DNA of 63,102 bases, the filler included, from Collodictyon triciliatum (Eukaryota), in NCBI GenBank assembly GCA_043381765.1. It is 11 parts of 11 records of this genome, joined end to end, with 100 filler letters (N's around TTAATTAATTAA, not from the genome) between each part and the next. Parts side by side here need not be neighbours in the genome. Positions count along the whole stretch, not along the records: positions 11,700 to 17,446 come from JBHJMP010004981.1; positions 17,547 to 23,286 come from JBHJMP010004982.1; positions 23,387 to 29,128 come from JBHJMP010004983.1; 8 more parts are not named here. One strand, written 5' to 3'. Both the position numbers and the translations under genes were made by a program. The notes under the pieces are model-generated. The model was given only the letters and a program-made list of their open reading frames with translations, did no database searches and was not told the origin of the DNA. Every line of letters starts with the position of its first letter. The first letter of the stretch is position 1. This document shows positions 13,267 to 24,753 of the stretch, one piece after another.

Positions 13267-16200
13267 CTAGTCAGACTGTTTTTTCTCTATTTTTTCGTTT
13301 GCCTCGAGATGAGTAGCCGGCAAACGTTTAGAATCCTCTATTGCCGTGGCAGTGGGCGGAGGTGCTACTTTTCCAATTACATTCGCGCCTTCTTCTTCGC
13401 TTGTGGTCTGCGTGTGCCTTAAAACCTGCTGGAATCCCTGACGATGAAGATCGTTCTGTAATTGGAGATGTGCTTCAATCCATCTCTCATTGGAGCCAAG
13501 AGGGTCACGTATCTCTGTAGAGTACGTTCCAAACGAGGTGCGCCTTAAAAACTCCACCTGTGGTGAGTTTGGGTTGCTTGCGTCGTCTGCATCATCTGAG
13601 TTTTGCTCTTGTTCCTCTCGAGCCTGGTGCACACTTGACAAAGAGAAAGCCCCATCCTTCTCAACTGCTCGCTGTGGTGAATTGCTTTGCATCTTTATGC
13701 TTGGTTGCTGGAATATTCCAATCAAATCTGCTCTGCTCCCCTTCCAGCTAGGATTTGCGTTCAAAAAATGAGGAGTTCCCGACTCTCCCCTTTTTCTGTA
13801 TGTTGGCGAGGCTGGTGCAGTTTCTCTATCTGCTTCATTTTTTGTAATGTCTATGATATCTATTTTGCGAGTGGGCTCCCCTTTAGAAATCATAGATGGA
13901 GATTTGTCTACCGAAGGTTGAACTGATTGACGAGACCCAATATCAGACTGAGTGGTATTTGTTTTGGGACTTGAAGAACTTTCCCCATGCACTACCGGGT
14001 CGCTGTGTATCCCAATTCTTTGTGCCTGGTTTGAGGTATTTTCAATAGTGATACCTCTTTTTTTTATGTGGGGTGTTTGTGTTTCGTTGACCTCAATTTT
14101 TTTCTCAATCTCATCGGCAAACAAGTCCTTGTATTGAGGTCGCTGAATCCTCTCTCCGTAATCCACCTCATGCTGAAGATAATTTTCCTTTGCGTCGCTT
14201 TCTTCATCCTCAAAGCATTTTGGTACTTTGTACTCTTCACTTGATAGATACTCTTCAGCTTCATAGTATACATCATCATCACTTCCGCTCATCTCGTAAT
14301 TACGGTCTGCTGCTTGGGTAGTATGTCTATTTGCTCCATCAGATACATCAGCTTGGTCTGAAATAGACTCTTTCTTCTCCCTGCGTGATTTCATTTCGTG
14401 GTATATGCGACGCCTTTCAGACAGCTCAAGGAGCTCTTGCTCTAATACCTTCTCATAATCAGCTCTCATTTGCTGGATGGAAGCCCCTGATAATGAGCCA
14501 CACCAGAACTTGGACCAACTTACCTGTATTTAATAGAGCGTGTGGTTTGAATTGAATGGCTCAATTATTCAGAACAAAACGAGTTTTTTTAAAGTAAATC
14601 CCCATCATTTGCGGTGTTTTTAATTCATATGCACCATTATTACTCAGAGAAAAAAATACGCGCACATTCCGTACAACAGAACAACACAGCAATGTTGCGT
14701 TTATTAGTCAATTAAAAAAACCTTAAATAAATGTTCCACATCAAAAAGCTTCTTTGGCTCATCTTTGAGTATCGAAATGATTTCGGCTGGAGTTTGGCTC
14801 TACAATTATGAAACCGTTGATGTGTGTGATTATAGAGATTCATCATATCTTATTTTAAAGCATAAATAAGGAGAGAGGTAGATAGTTGAATTTATAAATT
14901 AAAAAATGGAAGGAGGGGAAAAATGGTGCGCATATAATGAATGAGGGATATTTCATATATTTAAAAAAAACGATTAAATGAACATGATGAATACCGAAAG
15001 AATCTTCTTTTCGAGTATCTTCAAAATACCCAACGAAATTCTTAAAAGTATCTTGCTACCATCAAAAAACAGAATGTCCCAGATCCGCATACATGTCTGG
15101 TGGCAATAACAGTTGAAACGGAGAAATTATGAGTACAAGTACACAACCCTGTTACGATTTATGTTGGAAAGGAATCATCCATGATGCCAGTCATGTACAA
15201 ATCGATGAAAAGGGAACCTCGAACGGTAGTGTATTCAGGAACAAACACATCAACCACTGAAGTGTGACTGGTTCTATGGAGACTTTTAAAGTGTCAAGAT
15301 GCTCATGAACCTTAGGGGAAAAGAATACAAGGTTATAAATTGCCTTAGGATGATGAATCAGATAATTTGGTAATTAAAGATAAATGTACTAAAGGAAATA
15401 AAATATACATGCAAAATTTTATGTAAAATATGAATATTCGAATTATATATAGGCCGATGAGCCAAAAAAAAAAAAAAGAAGGAACTATTAGGTTTCGCCC
15501 TCTTTTTTTTTCTTTTGAAGAATAGGTAATATAAAATGAAAAAGAAAGCTCATGTTTGGATGAAACTGGGGACTGGGGTACCTTCGGTAATTTCTGGTGT
15601 ATCAGTCCTAAAAGAATCTTATTCTCAACTTGGACTCCAAAGAGATTGCTCGAGTAAAAATCTGGAGGGAGGATTGTCTCTATTATATTCCCTAGCATCC
15701 AAAAAGCCTCTTCCTCGGACATAAATAGCAAAAGTGTTCTAGGGTTTCATTCAAAATTAATATAAAAACAGAATGAGTGAAATTGGTATATTCACATATT
15801 CGAACAACCTAATATGTTGATATGATGTTGTAATCATTCATCCAATATTTACGCTGCTNNNNNNNNNNNNNNNNNNNNNNNNNNNNNNNNNNNNNNNNNN
15901 NNNNNNNNNNNNNNNNNNNNNNNNNNNNNNNNNNNNNNNNNNNNNNNNNNNNNNNNNNNNNNNNNNNNNNNNNNNNNNNNNNNNNNNNNNNNNNNNNNNN
16001 NNNNNNNNNNNNNNNNNNNNNNNNNNNNNNNNNNNNNNNNNNNNNNNNNNNNNNNNNNNNNNNNNNNNNNNNNNNNNNNNNNNNNNNNNNNNNNNNNNNN
16101 NNNNNNNNNNNNNNNNNNNNNNNNNNNNNNNNNNNNNNNNNNNNNNNNNNNNNNNNNNNNNNNNNNNNNNNNNNNNNNNNNNNNNNNNNNNNNNNNNNNN

Positions 16201-17183
16201 NNNNNNNNNNNNNNNNNNNNNNNNNNNNNNNNNNNNNNNNNNNNNNNNNNNNNNNNNNNNNNNNNNNNNNNNNNNNNNNNNNNNNNNNNNNNNNNNNNNN
16301 NNNNNNNNNNNNNNNNNNNNNNNNNNNNNNNNNNNNNNNNNNNNNNNNNNNNNNNNNNNNNNNNNNNNNNNNNNNNNGAAATCTTTCTCGATAGGCGGAT
16401 ATTACTGAGAAAACTTGCCATAGCTACAAAATTTTTTGGGAAAAAAATGAGGCATGGAATAAGTTGAAAGGGTATATAAGAAGAAAATAACATCACATTT
16501 GAATATGCAATGAAATTATTTGAATAGGTATATTTCTTTCGATGCCATTTTTCATTAAAACAAGCTAGTGAATATTGTCATCAATAAAAGCATTAATAAT
16601 TTGGCTTGTTAAAGTACCTGTCCTCTCAACTCCGTAGGAATACCGGAACGGACCATTTTTCGAAGAGATTCCGTTTTCTTTATTTTTTTGGAATCAAACT
16701 CCACACCTTGGATATATTGAGCCCAAACTATTCTTTGCTTTTTTACGCGAATTAGTTCAGCCTCTTGAGCTTTTTCGCGCATTGCAGCCTCATCTGAATT
16801 TAATGGGAATCCATACTCATCTACATGTACCACGTTTTGTTCTCCTCTAATTTTTCATCATATTTGAATATAGCAGAATCATAATCGACTTCCAAAAAAA
16901 AATTCAGTTTTTAGATGTATTTTTTTCCTTTATTCGATTCTGTTTTTAGATGTATTTAATAGATGATGATGAGGGGTATGTAACATAGGGAAATTTATCA
17001 ATGAACGACTAATTTATGATGTTGTCATCATATAAGAATACCATGATAGTATTTATTACAGTTCTGAGTGAAACTAATCGATGTACATAAAAGGAAAAAT
17101 TACGATTGAACTTCGTTATCAAATCCGTCCACTGATCCAGATAGTCTTCCTCCTTCCACCAATTTATGATGGTGTGGTATTGT
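13267..17183 (-). CDS. TBC-domain Rab GTPase-activating protein, multi-exon, 5' truncated, with an internal N gap
   Basis: Spliced motifs VDEYGF, LRKMVRSGIPTELRGQLW, LLLFMSEEEAFW, QWLMCLFLNTLPFE and RIWDILFFDGSKILLRISL, then a long low-complexity last exon. Confidence 0.9.
16907..16957 (-). mobile_element. 19-bp LINE 3'-end micro-insertion with 16-bp TSD, in a TBC intron
   Basis: GTTTTTAGATGTATTT at 16907-16922 and 16942-16957 flanks TTTTCCTTTATTCGATTCT. Confidence 0.75.
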
Positions 17184-17290
17184 CTGTAAGTGAGATGGAG
17201 GCCATGGGGTGAATAATGTTATTTTATTTGCATGAAGCCCAAAACCGATACAGGAGAAAAGACTATTTTTACTTATTTCTTTTTATGATG

Positions 17291-17446
17291 TGGTTTATGG
17301 TTTATGGTTTATGGTTTATGGTTTATGGTTTATGGTTTATGGTTTATGGTTTATGGTTTATGGTTTATGGTTTATGGTTTATGGTTTATGGTTTATGGTT
17401 TATGGTTTATGGTTTATGGTTTATGGTTTATGGTTTATGGTTTATG
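17291..17446. repeat. (TTTATGG)n heptamer repeat at the scaffold edge
   Basis: About 22 perfect copies. Confidence 0.95.
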
Positions 17447-17666
17447 NNNNNNNNNNNNNNNNNNNNNNNNNNNNNNNNNNNNNNNNNNNNTTAATTAATT
17501 AANNNNNNNNNNNNNNNNNNNNNNNNNNNNNNNNNNNNNNNNNNNNTTTGGTTTTTTTTTTTTTGGTTTTTTGGTTTTTTGTTTTAAAGCCTGCCTCTTC
17601 AGCTTGATTTATTAAGACCATCCATCAACGATATTTTTGTAATAAAAAAACTACGATTTTTTGCAG

Positions 17667-17815
17667 CTACGACCAGATAGAATTCAACTCACTGTTGGTG
17701 TTGTCCGTTTCACAACTCCGTTCAAAAGATTACGCACTGGTCTTTGCTCAAATTGGCTGGCTCAATTGACACCATCTCCAAGTATTAAGTCTCAATTTCT
17801 TGAAAATTTTACTTT

Positions 17816-17865
<50 letters not shown>

Positions 17866-18781
17866 GTTTATAGCGCGGTGAATGATGGATTTACGCGAAA
17901 ATAATCTCAAACATCAGCTATTTTTTTCTATGACACTATGTGTCTTTTATCTTATTATTTTTGTTTGTTTGTTTATTCTACCTGGAAAAAACAAGACTAT
18001 TGCGAAATAAGATTTAATTTTGTGACTATGCAACTCATGTTGTTCTGTACAACATATTCTCATATGAACAATAATGATACCAGGCACACTCATTGCGGTG
18101 GGGGTTAAAAGTGGGTCCATTCGCTTACCACAATCCCCGCACACACCAATAATCATGGTAATTTAACTTTCTTTATATTAAGAATTAAAACCCAAAAAAA
18201 AAAATCGAAAAATTGCAAATCTTATTGGTGCTATATTCAAACAAAAAGGTTGGGCCTGGGACAGGATGTGCACCTTTCCGTAGCTTTGTTGAGCATCTCT
18301 CTGCCTCCGGGACGAGAGGTTTTTATTTTATTTTACATAATCTATACAAGTACCGTTAAGTTTAGACGGGATAAGTCTCACTAATTAAGGTGTATTTATC
18401 ATGTTGCTTTTATTTATTCGTGAGTCGAAAATATCTAACAAAAATGATAAACTCAGGAGTTGCTCGTCTCTTCTTTTTCGGATGCCGATACAGCCAGAAG
18501 GACTGGATTTATGCTGACCAGATGAAGATGTCTCTTCAAATATACGCCAATATACATGAATATAAGTCATATGGCTACATAATTTTTTGGATTTTCTGGA
18601 GCTAATTCAGTTTTTTTTCTCTTCAAAACAGACTAGAGAAGGAAGGAGTGATAAGCAAATACGTTACAGCATTTTCAAGAGACTCTGAGAGAAAGGTTTA
18701 TGTGCAGCATCGAATGATGGAGGAGGCTGACGCTATTTGGAGCATCATTTCACAGGAAAATGGCATCTTCTATTTGTCTGG
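17667..18781 (+). CDS. NDOR1: NADPH-dependent diflavin oxidoreductase 1 (Tah18/NDOR1), FAD/NADPH-binding part, partial
   Basis: Five GT-AG exons give VGVVRFTTPFKRLRTGLCSNWLA, PIIMVGPGTGCAPFRS, FFGCRYSQKDWIY, AFSRDSERKVYVQHRM and GIFYLSG. Confidence 0.85.
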
Positions 18782-20185
18782 GTGAGGACTGAGCTGGCCT
18801 TTGACAGCATCTTGGNNNNNNNNNNNNNNNNNNNNNNNNNNNNNNNNNNNNNNNNNNNNNNNNNNNNNNNNNNNNNNNNNNNNNNNNNNNNNNNNNNNNN
18901 NNNNNNNNNNNNNNNNNNNNNNNNNNNNNNNNNNNNNNNNNNNNNNNNNNNNNNNNNNNNNNNNNNNNNNNNNNNNNNNNNNNNNNNNNNNNNNNNNNNN
19001 NNNNNNNNNNNNNNNNNNNNNNNNNNNNNNNNNNNNNNNNNNNNNNNNNNNNNNNNNNNNNNNNNNNNNNNNNNNNNNNNNNNNNNNNNNNNNNNNNNNN
19101 NNNNNNNNNNNNNNNNNNNNNNNNNNNNNNNNNNNNNNNNNNNNNNNNNNNNNNNNNNNNNNNNNNNNNNNNNNNNNNNNNNNNNNNNNNNNNNNNNNNN
19201 NNNNNNNNNNNNNNNNNNNNNNNNNNNNNNNNNNNNNNNNNNNNNNNNNNNNNNNNNNNNNNNNNNNNNNNNNNNNNNNNNNNNNNNNNNNNNNNNNNNN
19301 NNNNNNNNNNNNNNNNNNNNNNNNNNNNNNNNNNNNNNNNNNNNNNNNNNNNNNNNNNNNNNNNNNNNNNNNNNNNNNNNNNNNNNNNNNNNNNNNNNNN
19401 NNNNNNNNNNNNNNNNNNNNNNNNNNNNNNNNNNNNNNNNNNNNNNNNNNNNNNNNNNNNNNNNNNNNNNNNNNNNNNNNNNNNNNNNNNNNNNNNNNNN
19501 NNNNNNNNNNNNNNNNNNNNNNNNNNNNNNNNNNNNNNNNNNNNNNNNNNNNNNNNNNNNNNNNNNNNNNNNNNNNNNNNNNNNNNNNNNNNNNNNNNNN
19601 NNNNNNNNNNNNNNNNNNNNNNNNNNNNNNNNNNNNNNNNNNNNNNNNNNNNNNNNAAAATTTTTTTGGGAATAAAGATAACAATAAAGAGAGAGAGAGA
19701 CAAAAAAAAGGCACATGTTTGAGACAATCGTGGATGCGCTATGAACTGAAATAAGAGCTCGGCCGTCTTCCTTTCTACGCCACTGCGCCATCAAAAAATA
19801 AAAGCAAGAGAAAATCAAAGGCCTTCGGTCAAATAAATTGATTATCTTCTTCAGTCGAATGGGCTTCTGGCGTGCTTTCTAGCTTGGATATGCGGCGATG
19901 TGAGAACAGAAAGAGCTACAAGCATCATTTGCCGGTGGTATTTGGACATATACATTCCAATTTTGTCTTCTATCGGCCGAATCGAGAAGGTTGGTGGGAA
20001 TGAACGAGTCAGCCGACAAGGAACAACCCACAAAGACGGATGGAAAAGCCCGAACACAACGGAGGCTACAGAACTGAGAGAGGAAAGTGTCACGCACGAA
20101 TAAAAAAAAAAAATGAGTAGTACAATCTGCAAAGTTATTTTTTCTTTCTTTCTTTAACAAGCTGTACAGGAAGGAAACAGGAGCG

Positions 20186-21817
20186 ATGATGAGCAAGGAG
20201 GAATTCAAAGAGTTGCCTGCTGACCTTTGCGAGAACCGTCACAACCAAGTGGGACAGCGTTGCGATGACCGAACAGTGAGGCGTCAGAACATGTACAGGG
20301 GGGACGATCTAAGCAGCCCAGACCCAATCCCCAACCCGCTCACAAGCATTCGCGATGAAGGCGATACGACAAACACAATTGCAAACAAAACTTTCGGAAG
20401 AAGCCAGAAAGATCAAGAGAGGTGCGAAAGCGACGAGGTTAACGGTGCTAATGCGGTTGTACATCAGAGATGGACTGGGTTGGTAAAGGAAGCGTTTATC
20501 GTATGGTTGAAAGCGGTGCTGAAGGTATGGCCAGTCTTTTGTGCAAACTTGTTTTCCATATGGATATACTTTCTGCCGGCCGTAATCCTTTCTCCAAGTT
20601 TGCTAAATACTATCACGGAGATGCTATATGAAAAGGTCAGGAGCGCTATAAACTCGTGTACGTTCTGGGCATCCATTAGCTTTTCTGCTGTTGAGATTTT
20701 CAGTCTTCAATTCTCTTGGAATGCGTTATTTTATGCCTTGCTCCCTGGTTACATTCTTGACAATGTTTTCAACTTATGGCTCCAAGCAGACAGAAACCTT
20801 AACACCATCCTAGTGGCCAATTCACTATTGTGCATCGGACTAGGACTTTTCTTTATTTACAAGTCGAAGAAATTCCAAAACATGACTGGGGATGAAGAAA
20901 AATATTACAATGTGACGAAAGACGGGTCTGTATCTGCTTTATTGAGAGGTATTGCTATGTTCTACTTTCTGGTAATGTTTCTCTTTTACAATATTCTTGT
21001 CATTTATTTAAAATCATCCTTTTTCGTCCAGCTTGTATTTCGCTTTTTTGTTTTTCCGGTATGTTTTGGCTTATCTGATTGGATTCAAATGAAGTTAATT
21101 CACAATATGTCAAAAGAGCACATGGGAAGAAGACTGATAGTTCATAGACTTTGTAATCACTATATTCAACTGATTGGAAGAGTTTTGGTTTCAAACATAT
21201 CTGCAAGCAGCGCACTTTCAGTCGAGTTTATAGCAGTCAACTTTGCAGCGGCTTTGATTGAGATACTATCAACGATTTATTTCAAATATCGAGCAATAAT
21301 GGCGTTCAGAGCGCAAAATATAGTAGCACGATTCTATTCGAAGCTATCATTTACAGCGTGTTCGAATAAAACCGCGCCGGTGGCTGCCGAAGGTGAATTA
21401 CCAAACTCTGACAATGTCCCAGGAAATAGTATTGAAATGCCGACAAGCCTTTCCGAAAGAGAGGAAACATTTGTGCGAGAAGCAATATCCTTCAGATCAA
21501 AGTATATCTATGATGCCATCGTATCAGAGCTTTACTCAATCATATTGGCACCCTTATTGATGTATTTTGCTTTCCCTATTGTCGGGGAGTCGATATTTCA
21601 AACCATTGAAGAATTCACGGAGTGTTTTTATCAAATAATAATTCAGTTAATATTTGAGGTTTTTGCAGACATCGTAACTCTTTCCATCGATTTAAAAAGA
21701 GCCCAAATCAACAAAACTGACGTAGAAAAATGGAAACCCATGAACAGAATTATTTTGTTCGTATGGTCATCCAACTGCATTTTTGCAATATTCTGGCGCA
21801 TTATATACTACTCATAA
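20186..21817 (+). CDS. Uncharacterised multi-pass membrane protein, 543 aa, single long exon
   Basis: Long ORF with a hydrophilic N-terminus and roughly 9-11 hydrophobic segments; no family recognised. Confidence 0.75.
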   Translation: MMSKEEFKELPADLCENRHNQVGQRCDDRTVRRQNMYRGDDLSSPDPIPNPLTSIRDEGDTTNTIANKTFGRSQKDQERCESDEVNGANAVVHQRWTGLVKEAFIVWLKAVLKVWPVFCANLFSIWIYFLPAVILSPSLLNTITEMLYEKVRSAINSCTFWASISFSAVEIFSLQFSWNALFYALLPGYILDNVFNLWLQADRNLNTILVANSLLCIGLGLFFIYKSKKFQNMTGDEEKYYNVTKDGSVSALLRGIAMFYFLVMFLFYNILVIYLKSSFFVQLVFRFFVFPVCFGLSDWIQMKLIHNMSKEHMGRRLIVHRLCNHYIQLIGRVLVSNISASSALSVEFIAVNFAAALIEILSTIYFKYRAIMAFRAQNIVARFYSKLSFTACSNKTAPVAAEGELPNSDNVPGNSIEMPTSLSEREETFVREAISFRSKYIYDAIVSELYSIILAPLLMYFAFPIVGESIFQTIEEFTECFYQIIIQLIFEVFADIVTLSIDLKRAQINKTDVEKWKPMNRIILFVWSSNCIFAIFWRIIYYS

Positions 21818-22425
21818 TCCCCTCCTTGTCCAAAATCCACGTAACACTTGCCTTTATGTCTATCCATTCTATAAAAAAAAAAAAATATTTTGTTACGCGC
21901 TTGAATCAGACAAAAATAAAATGAACGGGTAAAAGGCATTATATCATGGCATCACGTTGTCATTCATTATAGTGACTGCTATCGCAAAATAACCAAAGCC
22001 TGAAATAGAAAAGAGGTAGAGGAAAGCATCGATCTCATCGATGTGGTATTCTTGCTCTACTGGCGAGACGGATATGATTAAACAGAGGGAAAAATAGTAT
22101 TGACAACAACAATAACATAATAATCAATATAACCATAATCATAATAATCAATATATAATAATCATCATCATAATAATAATAATAATAATCGAATGAACGG
22201 AAGAAGAAAATACTGATGAGGAAACGGCCATGAAGGTGAATGAAAGAAATAGGTAATATAATAGGGAAGAGAATTATCAAGGCTAGACTTTATGCTCTGA
22301 GCGCGATGAATGTAGCTGCGAGTTAACAAAAGCACGTAGCATAACCCAAGATTGCAATTTGGGAGCATATTACATCCCCATGCGCACCGCCAATAATCAA
22401 TGTCTTACATAACACATCTTTCTAG

Positions 22426-23286
22426 GCTTCGCAAGTTGCAGCCAGTTCTTCTGGTTCCAACGCTGGCGCGGAAAAACCCCGAGTTGCACGAAAGTCTAGG
22501 AAGACCCGTGCAAGGAAGCCGCCTGCAAATCTGTCTGAGCGGAAAGTATTTTTGCACGGGGTCGAGCAAGTCGTTTACAACAAGAACAAGGCCCGCAGGC
22601 TCACAGATGCGCTAACCTCCTTCTTGAAAGCGAACAAACTTTGGGAAGAGTCCATCCAACTGCGCTTACCTGATAGCGAAGGCCTTTGCCTGATCGCCTT
22701 CCGCACTGCAAAAAACACCCGAAAGTTTCCGTAACTGAGGCAGGTAAGTTTGAACGATATTAAAATCAGCTTCAGCAGAAATAAACCAACAGAGACTTCG
22801 TTGATGATCTACCAACTACCGCTGGACATGTGGCCGCAACTCCTTCGTGAGGAGCTGAAGCCGTTCAGACCGACCCACGTAGAGATAAAAAAGGAAAAGG
22901 CTTCTTCACAGACACGGCCGTGGTGAAGCTTCTTTGTCATAAGAACCAGCTCCCTGCAAAGTTTACGGTCATGGGAAAAAAGTGTCCAAAGCGCATCCTC
23001 AAAGAGCGTTCGCCAGCAGCGAACAACGAACGACAAGTAAAAGCTCCGCAAAAAGAATACACCTGCCAAGCAGACAAGCAGCAACGGGGTCAAGGAAGCC
23101 AAGGCCAGGCAACAACTGAGTCCGCAAGACTCACAGCAAATATGCGCATACAGCGACAGCGACGACGACATGGAAGGAAATCTCGGTTCCTCTTCAGAAT
23201 CCTCGCACTCGAGCCCTCCACCGCCAACACCGGACAAGCCCGTACATCGCAAGACCCAAGAGCAGCGCATCTTCAAACCCCGAAAG
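22426..23286 (+). mobile_element. Decayed LINE (L1/Tx1-like) ORF1 fragment
   Basis: Basic N-terminus, then an RRM-like stretch SLMIYQLPLDMWPQLLREELKPF / GFFTDTAVVKLL...LPAKFTVMGKKC. In-frame TAA at 22732-22734 and a frameshift near 22890. Confidence 0.5.
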
Positions 23287-24753
23287 NNNNNNNNNNNNNN
23301 NNNNNNNNNNNNNNNNNNNNNNNNNNNNNNTTAATTAATTAANNNNNNNNNNNNNNNNNNNNNNNNNNNNNNNNNNNNNNNNNNNNGGTTTTTTTTTTGG
23401 GTTTTTGGGTTTTTAGTTTTTTTGGTTTATTTTGGTTTATTTAGGTTTTTTTTTTTTTGGGTTTTTGGGTTTTTGGGTTTTTTGGGTTTTTTGGGTTTTT
23501 TTTTGGGTTTTTTTGGGTTTTTTTGGGTTTTTTTTTGTGTTTTTTTGGGGTTTTTTGGGTTTTTTTGGGTTTTTTGGTTTTTTTGTTACAGCAGATTCCG
23601 ATCTTGTTTGTTGGTTTGCTTCGAGCGATGATTGGTTGTGTGGTTTATCCCGAAGTCGTATGTCATACTTTCCGATGTGGCTATGTGAATTGCGTTTCGG
23701 AACAATATCTAAAATTGTCCAAAATCAATGTTTATTATATAAAATTTTCCGTTTTTATTTCTGTGGTCTTTATGTGTTATATGTGGAATTTATTAAATCA
23801 TTGTTTTGATAGTCGGTTGCAATCAAGAAGCCCTGATAATTGCAGATAATACCACACAATATACCAATTTTTGTGTTCAGAATGAGAATTACAACGGTAT
23901 CCCCGAACATTGTAGTCATCTTTAAAATTGAAGGCGACTGGCAGAGGTTTGCATTGGGTCGAGGTTGGGTGCTTGTGGCTCGTACTTGCGATGAAATAAG
24001 GTCAAACAGGCTTCATAGATTCATCAGTTTATTTTATACATAACTATTCTTACGATTGTGTAGATGGACACAGGAATATTCAGAGCACACCAACCAACTT
24101 AGCCAGAGTGGGAAAGGCATAGAAGGTGATGGAAAAAAAGAAAGACAGCGCGGTGTATTTGAAGACAAAACTTGAAAATGGCGTGATAGGCGAGCAAATG
24201 TTAATTTTCTTAGGAATCTTTTCGGGAGTGTTCCATAGGTAAATGCACTTGTAATAGCGAGGCTGTCTCATGTGTACTTCTTAGTTCGTGCTTTTCTTCT
24301 ATTTTCACATCCCGGGGATGTCTAAGGGCAAAGGCGAGCGATTCCGCTTTTCGCGCTCTGGCTGGATGATGACCTTCATGACCTTTTTCCAAAAGAAATC
24401 AAAGAAAAAACTTGAATAAAAGAGACGGGGTAAAATAGATGATTGCTAATCAAAATATGCAAAATAAAATAATTCATAACAAATAAAAAAACACAAGATT
24501 TATCTGATTGTATTATTCGCTTATATACTACAGTTGGTCGATAAGTTTAATCTGAATCATAATATCCCAATATAGAATTATATACATAAATTGATTGTAT
24601 ATGTGTTTATATTGTAAAAAAAAAAACCAATTCGATCAGCTGTGTGGCATCATCAAACTTTGTCACGAAGTGAACAACGGTATCTGGGTATTATTGGATA
24701 ATAAAAAAAAAATCGATAGCCAAATATCACTCTATGACTAATTCTAAAGACAA

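Noticed and set aside
17291-17446. (TTTATGG)n, and the G/T tract at 23387-23585, as telomeres
   Set aside because: Nearly every scaffold ends in a different simple repeat, and this one lies just upstream of an internal TBC exon, so it is probably intronic.
18737-19818. Long ORFs spanning N gaps (also 15849-16496 and 32820-33361)
   Set aside because: Artefacts of translating N runs.
22732-22734. In-frame TAA as evidence of stop-codon reassignment
   Set aside because: The same region also has a frameshift, and intact genes end in TAA, TAG and TGA normally; decay explains it.
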